Shown in pieces: positions 39,653-46,094 of a stretch of DNA of 46,094 nt. The DNA lies in the UHGV virus genome UHGV-0027450. One strand, 5' to 3'. The DNA comes from a virus. A model generated the notes under the pieces. It ran no database searches. It was not told where the DNA came from and worked only from the letters and a program-made list of their open reading frames with translations. Both the position numbers and the translations under genes were made by a program. How positions within the stretch are numbered: the first letter of the stretch is position 1; each line of letters starts with the position of its first letter.

Positions 39653-40170
39653 TTAAAGGTAAACTGGTTTATTCTGGAACTGGCAGCCCGGCGCGCATAT
39701 ACAAATCGCAAAGCATTGAGCGGTCATATGATGATATTCAATTTGAATCAATGACACTGAAAAAAGTTGATGCTGGTAGATTCGCGAGAATAGAGGGGAT
39801 TGATAAGTATGGGTATAAATTTTTCGCCGAATACCCTTCGTGGTCTTTTGTGTTTGAAAATGACGAGCAAGACCTCAACGATTGCATTGGCGCACCGGAA
39901 GCTGACACAACAGAGCAACTCATCACCGAGCGCGGTAGCCGATATGGTAAATTCAAAGATGGCGCTGAAATCATGCAGGAACTAAAATTCGTCATGCGCG
40001 AAGTTGATGGATGGCATAATCTTACGCCAAGCCAACGCGAGGCGCTCGACATGATTCAGCACAAGATTGGGCGCATCCTGAATGGCGACCCGACATATGA
40101 CGATAGCTGGAAAGATATTGCTGGCTATGCGACGTTAATTGTTAATGAACTGAACGGAGAGATTAAATAA
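39649..40170 (+). CDS. hypothetical protein (173 aa)
   Basis: ATGA-coupled to the upstream gene. The C-terminal half is all-alpha and could be an NTP-pyrophosphohydrolase-like fold. That is only a guess. Confidence 0.5.
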   Translation: MIKGKLVYSGTGSPARIYKSQSIERSYDDIQFESMTLKKVDAGRFARIEGIDKYGYKFFAEYPSWSFVFENDEQDLNDCIGAPEADTTEQLITERGSRYGKFKDGAEIMQELKFVMREVDGWHNLTPSQREALDMIQHKIGRILNGDPTYDDSWKDIAGYATLIVNELNGEIK

Positions 40171-40433
40171 TGTCATTCTGCGACATCACAATCGCGCAAC
40201 GAAACGCGAACTACACCAATATTGCTGACACATCAGCACAACTGGTATCACTAAACAGCGACGGCAGCGCAGTGCTAAAAATCGGCACTGAGACGGCGCA
40301 ATTCATCGTTCAGAATCTGTCACAGGCAAACGCAAAGCAGGTATTAATCAGCACTGGTAGCGTTTTGTTTTTAGCTGGTAATTACAATGCACCGAATCTT
40401 GAGTGCTCATTAGTCCGCATTGTGGAGGAGTAA
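40170..40433 (+). CDS. hypothetical protein (87 aa)
   Basis: TAATG-coupled to the upstream gene. Confidence 0.5.
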   Translation: MSFCDITIAQRNANYTNIADTSAQLVSLNSDGSAVLKIGTETAQFIVQNLSQANAKQVLISTGSVLFLAGNYNAPNLECSLVRIVEE

Positions 40434-40434
40434 A

Positions 40435-40773
40435 ATGAAAATCGAAAAAATATCACCAGCCAGCATGTTGATTAGCGATGTTGGTAACGATGTGGTATTT
40501 AAGCGTAATGGCCGACATTATTTGGTGGCTCCTGACATTACGATTGAATCTGGAGGAGTGAAATTCCGCATCCCGGCAAAAGCTATAGACCTTGAGATGG
40601 TTAGTTGCACTGGTTTATCTGGAGGCCTGGCGTTTACTGCTGTTGATGGCTACAACGTTCGAGTTGAGCATAGCGCTGATGGCAATGTAGCTAAATTCAC
40701 ATCGAAAATAGAGAGGGAGTTAAAGCAAATAAAGGAGTCCGCTGATGAACCAACAGCATTGCCAGCAGAGTGA
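40435..40773 (+). CDS. hypothetical protein (112 aa)
   Basis: ATG 40435 with SD ggaggag. Confidence 0.5.
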   Translation: MKIEKISPASMLISDVGNDVVFKRNGRHYLVAPDITIESGGVKFRIPAKAIDLEMVSCTGLSGGLAFTAVDGYNVRVEHSADGNVAKFTSKIERELKQIKESADEPTALPAE

Positions 40774-40900
40774 TCCACCAAAACCGTCAGCATGGTGTGA
40801 GCAAATGGAGCGCAATGCGAAGGATGGCGATGAGGCGTATGCTTATTTCCAGCTGAAGCAGATGTGGAAGCGGCGAGAAAATCCTGAGCAAACCAATTAA
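40745..40900 (+). CDS. hypothetical protein (51 aa)
   Basis: Translates MNQQHCQQSDPPKPSAWCEQMERNAKDGDEAYAYFQLKQMWKRRENPEQTN. It ends at the terminator. Not in the track. Confidence 0.35.
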   Translation: MNQQHCQQSDPPKPSAWCEQMERNAKDGDEAYAYFQLKQMWKRRENPEQTN

Positions 40901-40904
40901 ACAC

Positions 40905-40931
40905 AAGCCCCATGATGGGGCTTTTTTATTG
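40905..40931 (+). terminator. intrinsic terminator
   Basis: aagcccc-atgat-ggggcttttttatt. Confidence 0.7.
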
Positions 40932-40940
40932 TGTATGGAG

Positions 40941-41084
40941 TTGACTCACGAAAAGGATGTTGCTACCATTGCCTTGTTTAAAAGTAACGACAACGTGAAC
41001 TTTGGTACATGTTTTCGGGCAGCAGTCGGCGATTCGCACTCGCTGATTCATAAGAAAACCCCTCAATTGAGGGCTTTTTTATTG
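40941..41084 (+). ncRNA. candidate about 105-nt small RNA between two terminators
   Basis: TTGACT(40941-40946)-17-TACCAT(40964-40969), followed about 100 nt later by the hairpin cccctcaattgagggg and a T6 run (41055-41084). The only ORF here (40929..41144) reads through that terminator. Confidence 0.3.
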
Positions 41085-41557
41085 CGCAGAGAATTGTACT
41101 GCGCCTCACACATCAATCCTGCTTCCCTTGCCCTGTCAGCGTAATCTGCCAGCTGTCGATTTCTTTCGACAGACTTTGCGAGCACGTCTGCAAGCAAAAC
41201 TCCGGTATCTGCGGCTGGGTTGCCAATGGACTCAGTGGCGGAATATCCGACGAGCTGCTTGCGGATGTTTGCGAGTTGTTGCTGCAGCCTGCCAGACTTA
41301 GCAGCAGCATTGACAGCATCATTGCGCGCAGCATCAATCCTTTGCTGTGCGTCAGCCTGAATCTTTTGCAGTTCTGCATTGCGTCGTTGCTCCTCTTGTT
41401 CGTCTGCGGCCTTCTGTTCTGCAACTGCCTTCGCGTATCCAGCGGAATATTGTTGCTCACCATAACTGGATACTTTATTTGCCACCCACAATGCGCCAGC
41501 GGCAACAATTATAATAATTGCCAGCGGTCGCCAGTATTTAACGAGAATCGACATCAT
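41063..41557 (-). CDS. i-spanin (Rz-like)
   Basis: N-terminal TM helix LAIIIIVAAGALWVA, then an Ala/Gln/Glu-rich periplasmic coiled-coil. It follows the holin and endolysin genes. Confidence 0.65.
   Translation of the reverse strand: MMSILVKYWRPLAIIIIVAAGALWVANKVSSYGEQQYSAGYAKAVAEQKAADEQEEQRRNAELQKIQADAQQRIDAARNDAVNAAAKSGRLQQQLANIRKQLVGYSATESIGNPAADTGVLLADVLAKSVERNRQLADYADRAREAGLMCEAQYNSLRNKKALN
41113..41322 (-). CDS. o-spanin (Rz1-like lipoprotein) embedded in the +1 frame of the i-spanin gene
   Basis: MMLSMLLLSLAGC has a lipobox (LAGC), followed by a Ser/Pro-rich short mature peptide. It lies entirely inside the Rz-like gene. Confidence 0.55.
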   Translation of the reverse strand: MMLSMLLLSLAGCSNNSQTSASSSSDIPPLSPLATQPQIPEFCLQTCSQSLSKEIDSWQITLTGQGKQD

Positions 41558-41777
41558 TGCGCAGCCTCCGGTTCTCCTTCCTCATACCGTGCATCTTGCC
41601 GAGGATGCCAACCAGCATGATGGAGTAGCTCACACCTTTCACCACTATTGGCGGTAGTGCCGCTTTCAGGTCGTCCGGCATCATTACCCATACATGCATC
41701 ATTGCATCAGGCCATAGCTGCAATAGCGAGCAGAATGAAATCCACAGGCCGAGCAGCCAGTTGCTTAGCTTTTTCAT
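41538..41777 (-). CDS. putative class II holin (2 TM helices)
   Basis: 79 aa. Hydrophobic segments WLLGLWISFCSLLQLW and IVVKGVSYSIMLVGILG. ATGA-coupled to the endolysin stop. Confidence 0.5.
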   Translation of the reverse strand: MKKLSNWLLGLWISFCSLLQLWPDAMMHVWVMMPDDLKAALPPIVVKGVSYSIMLVGILGKMHGMRKENRRLRNDVDSR

Positions 41778-42238
41778 GCGACCGTCCCGCCTGCGGCCTT
41801 ATACACCTGAATCAGCTTATCCAGTTTCTGCTCATGCTGACCATACCCAGCGCCCGGCAGTGAAGCCCATCGTGAGCGGCATTTATGAATAGCATCAGCA
41901 ATCCTCCCAGCCTCAATATCTGCCATTGCTTTGCATTCACGGATTAGCTGCATTGCAATAGCATCCTGCGATGCAGGAGAGAAGTCCGGCAGGCGCAACT
42001 GCTTTTTGTACGCGTCATAAAACTTAGCCAGTACCTGATAACGCCCGGCGGCAGTGGATTTGATGCCCAGCTTAGGCAGGCTAATCAGCTTGCGCGGGTG
42101 ATCGGAGTAGTCGGTAAACAGCGAGCCGCCAACAATCACATCATAACCATGATTATTGGTTTTCTGCCGCCCGTTATCAGTGCCCTCGCTGTACGCCAGC
42201 ATATCCAAAAACGCTTTCATGTTTTTGCTAATAGCCAT
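41774..42238 (-). CDS. endolysin, lambda R-like lytic transglycosylase
   Basis: MKAFLDMLAYSEGTDNGRQKTNNHGYDVIVGGSLFTDYSDHPRKL... is nearly collinear with lambda R (KAFLDMLAWSEGTDNGRQKTRNHGYDVIVGGELFTDYSDHPRKL). ATG 42238 with SD aagagg. Confidence 0.85.
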   Translation of the reverse strand: MAISKNMKAFLDMLAYSEGTDNGRQKTNNHGYDVIVGGSLFTDYSDHPRKLISLPKLGIKSTAAGRYQVLAKFYDAYKKQLRLPDFSPASQDAIAMQLIRECKAMADIEAGRIADAIHKCRSRWASLPGAGYGQHEQKLDKLIQVYKAAGGTVA

Positions 42239-42506
42239 ACCAGTAAACCTCTTTTTCAGCTTTGCGTTTTGCTTTATCGCCAGTCTTCTCTCCCCACACG
42301 ATGAAATGCGCAACAGCACATGAGAAGCAGCGGAAATTGTGTTTCTTCAGAAGCGTTGATTTTCGGAAAGCGTCAATGCCAATGTCGGTTGCAAGACTTG
42401 TCAGCGCATCGAACTGATTCTGCGCTGTCTCCGTGGTGATGTAAGGCGATATATCCACGGCATCGGTGATTCCAAGTGTCTCCATGCCGTGTTGCGATAG
42501 TTTCAT
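42228..42506 (-). CDS. hypothetical protein (92 aa) upstream of the endolysin gene
   Basis: Track ORF with an 11-nt overlap with the endolysin gene. No TM helix. Confidence 0.45.
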   Translation of the reverse strand: MKLSQHGMETLGITDAVDISPYITTETAQNQFDALTSLATDIGIDAFRKSTLLKKHNFRCFSCAVAHFIVWGEKTGDKAKRKAEKEVYWYGY

Positions 42507-42550
42507 TCTGCCTCCTGTTCAAGTTATTATTAATTCTATCACAATGGCTA

Positions 42551-42590
42551 TTGACGTAGATTGAGCGGTGGTGCATAGTATCTACATCAA
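42551..42590. promoter_or_regulatory. divergent promoter/operator region
   Basis: TTGACGTAGATTGAG (42551-42565), then gcaTAGTATctacatca (42573-42589). The latter mirrors the minus promoter at 1544-1563. Confidence 0.5.
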
Positions 42591-42607
42591 ATAGAGAGGT
42601 GATAAGC

Positions 42608-42799
42608 ATGAGTACGCTTGAACTGGTTGGTCGCTCGATAATTACGCTGTGGGTTCTTTCCTTGGCTTTTGGGTTGTGCGCCTTCTATACGCCATGGGCG
42701 TGGCAAAGAAAGAACTACTTCGCCATAATTTACGGTCCGTTCTGTGCTACAAGCATGATTGCGGCGCTATTCTTCGTTATTGTTGGGGTGTGGTCATGA
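42608..42799 (+). CDS. small membrane protein (2 TM helices)
   Basis: 63 aa. Hydrophobic segments IITLWVLSLAFGLCAF and MIAALFFVIVGVW. Confidence 0.5.
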   Translation: MSTLELVGRSIITLWVLSLAFGLCAFYTPWAWQRKNYFAIIYGPFCATSMIAALFFVIVGVWS

Positions 42800-42942
42800 T
42801 GGTAATGGTCAAATTCAAAGAAAACGGACGCTACGGAGTGTTCAATCTTGAGCAAATCAAAGTCCGTCCGTGCGGCAAGGTGGTTGCGCCATTTAGTCTG
42901 GTGCAGATGCGTGAAGTTGAGATTGTTGAATATATTAAGTGA
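42796..42942 (+). CDS. hypothetical protein (48 aa)
   Basis: ATGA-coupled to the upstream gene. Translates MMVMVKFKENGRYGVFNLEQIKVRPCGKVV... Confidence 0.4.
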   Translation: MMVMVKFKENGRYGVFNLEQIKVRPCGKVVAPFSLVQMREVEIVEYIK

Positions 42943-42950
42943 GGCAGGCT

Positions 42951-43220
42951 ATGACGCAGCGCGAAGTGTACCAGTTATTTAGCAAATGGTTCGATTCCGT
43001 TGGTTTTGTCGGCATGACTGATATGGAAAAGGACTGGATTTGGCTTGGGTTCTCTGTGGGCTATTGTCACGACAATAACAAAGCCATGCTAGCAGCACTC
43101 CAGCAACTACTGGAAATCTACGACGACCAATCAGGAAAAGTCTGGACAACATCAAGCAAGCGTCGCGCTCTGGATAATGCGCGCGAGGCGGTTAATAAGG
43201 CGTTGGGAGGAACAAAATGA
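42951..43220 (+). CDS. hypothetical protein (89 aa)
   Basis: ATG 42951 with SD gaggcagg. Confidence 0.45.
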   Translation: MTQREVYQLFSKWFDSVGFVGMTDMEKDWIWLGFSVGYCHDNNKAMLAALQQLLEIYDDQSGKVWTTSSKRRALDNAREAVNKALGGTK

Positions 43221-43861
43221 AACTTATCGACCTGTTAGTTCAAGAATTGCCTAAGCGTGGCGGGTGGCCTGATGGTGCGGAATACTGTCATCTAACACAA
43301 TACGATCGCCACTGCTTAACCATTGTTTTTTCTCACAAGCAGGTTGGCACAGGAAATAATTCAACAATATCAAAGGAAGAAATGGTTTTTTCTGGTATTG
43401 GTTACCTTGGCGATACATTGTATGGATGCATAGTTACCGCTAAAGAATACGAATCCGCGCTATCCGCATCGCAAAAGCCAGCATGGAACGGAGATGGCTT
43501 ACCGCCAGTTGGTGAAAAAGTAGAATTTTTCATCAATCCAAAGTTCGGATACCGCAATGCCTGGATTCCTGCCGCTGGAACTGAAATGGAGGTAGTTGCG
43601 CACAAGACAACAACTGACGGAAACGATGTGGCTGTTTGCTATTGGGATGAAGGTGGTGCTGGTCGGTCATGCTGCATCGTACCGGAAAGCCTAAAGCCGC
43701 TGCGCTCAGAAGCAGAGCGCAAGCGTCATGAGGCAGCAGAAGCCATTGACTTTTATATGCCTGAATTTATTACCGATACGCCAAATGAATTTTACCACGC
43801 CAAAAAGATTTACGACGCAATCGCAGCAGGCAAAATTCCAGGCGTTAAACTGGATGATTAA
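43217..43861 (+). CDS. hypothetical protein (214 aa)
   Basis: ATGA-coupled to the upstream gene. SD ggagga. Confidence 0.5.
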   Translation: MKLIDLLVQELPKRGGWPDGAEYCHLTQYDRHCLTIVFSHKQVGTGNNSTISKEEMVFSGIGYLGDTLYGCIVTAKEYESALSASQKPAWNGDGLPPVGEKVEFFINPKFGYRNAWIPAAGTEMEVVAHKTTTDGNDVAVCYWDEGGAGRSCCIVPESLKPLRSEAERKRHEAAEAIDFYMPEFITDTPNEFYHAKKIYDAIAAGKIPGVKLDD

Positions 43862-43925
43862 AACAATATTCAGCGTCGTAGAGATATTGTGCTATGCGAT
43901 AATAATATTTGTTCTGTGTATGCTG

Positions 43926-43944
43926 ATAAGATAAAACAAATCCC

Positions 43945-43955
<11 letters not shown>
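43926..43955. terminator. bidirectional intrinsic terminator
   Basis: aaacaaatccctc-actta-gagggatttttgtt. Confidence 0.7.
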
Positions 43956-46093
<2,138 letters not shown>

Positions 46094-46094
46094 T

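Noticed and set aside
40929-41144. 71-aa plus-strand ORF between the two terminators
   Set aside because: The frame reads straight through the terminator palindrome ccctcaattgaggg and T-run, and there is no SD. It is more plausibly a small noncoding RNA or spacer.

Overview
This window is almost a complete genome of a tailed dsDNA phage (siphovirus type with lambda/T1-like tail genes). GC content and the host-derived genes point to an E. coli-like enterobacterial host. The permuted ends of the window split the packaging and head operon.

Main modules, left to right:
- 1-1526 (-): an operon of small membrane proteins plus a small HTH protein. It is transcribed from a divergent promoter/operator region at 1527-1676.
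- 1970-3713 (-): terminase small and large subunits.
- 3825-6771 (-): an early operon of about 16 mini-genes, including a Lar-family restriction-alleviation protein and several TM micropeptides.
- 6830-7410: an AT-rich, ORF-free region carrying at least 8 direct iterons (CCGGTAAATCC). This is the probable replication origin.
- 7429-15878 (+): a replication/recombination module. It holds a P-loop replication protein, an ASCH/DUF3850 protein, an SF2 DExH helicase with Zn-ribbons, a VRR-NUC nuclease, a PD-(D/E)XK exonuclease, a Sak4-like ATPase and an E. coli-type SSB. A Zn-ribbon/TOPRIM primase is encoded on the opposite strand.
- 15943-28083 (-): the tail module. It contains a beta-helix tailspike, a J/I-like tip protein, an NlpC/P60 K-like protein, minor tail proteins, a 969-aa tape-measure protein, a chaperone, and a major tail protein with an Ig-like domain.
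- 28896-36753 (-): head-tail connector proteins, major capsid, a decoration-like protein and a protease-scaffold fusion.
- 36771-39328 (-): a further set of early-type small genes, with a second Lar-like protein and a wHTH protein.
- 41063-42506 (-): the lysis cassette (lambda R-like endolysin, class II holin, Rz/Rz1-like nested spanins).
- 43945-46051 (-): head morphogenesis (Mu F/SPP1 gp7-like) and portal genes.

Three plus-strand, self-contained islands interrupt the minus-strand structural operon. Each has its own promoter and intrinsic terminator:
- 21441-22638: a gene for a protein with four tandem Zn-ribbon repeats fused to a T5orf172 (GIY-YIG-like) domain. It sits between the tape-measure and minor tail genes.
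- 26281-27367: a four-gene moron encoding a signal-peptide protein, a small protein, a DUF2591-like protein and a DUF551 protein. It sits between the major tail and chaperone genes.
- 28115-28901: an approximately 620-nt ORF-free, hairpin-rich transcribed region ending in a tRNA(CAU) and a terminator.

A fourth plus-strand island (31303-33562) encodes a ParB-like nuclease-domain protein. It also encodes a 178-aa protein that is clearly a deletion derivative of the host beta sliding clamp, DnaN.

A family of near-identical sigma70-type promoters (TTGACR-N17-TAGATT) recurs in almost every intergenic region on both strands. So does a 9-13-nt operator-like motif (TTGACGTAGATTG / GTGACGTAGAAAC).

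No CRISPR array, rRNA, transposase or integrase was seen.
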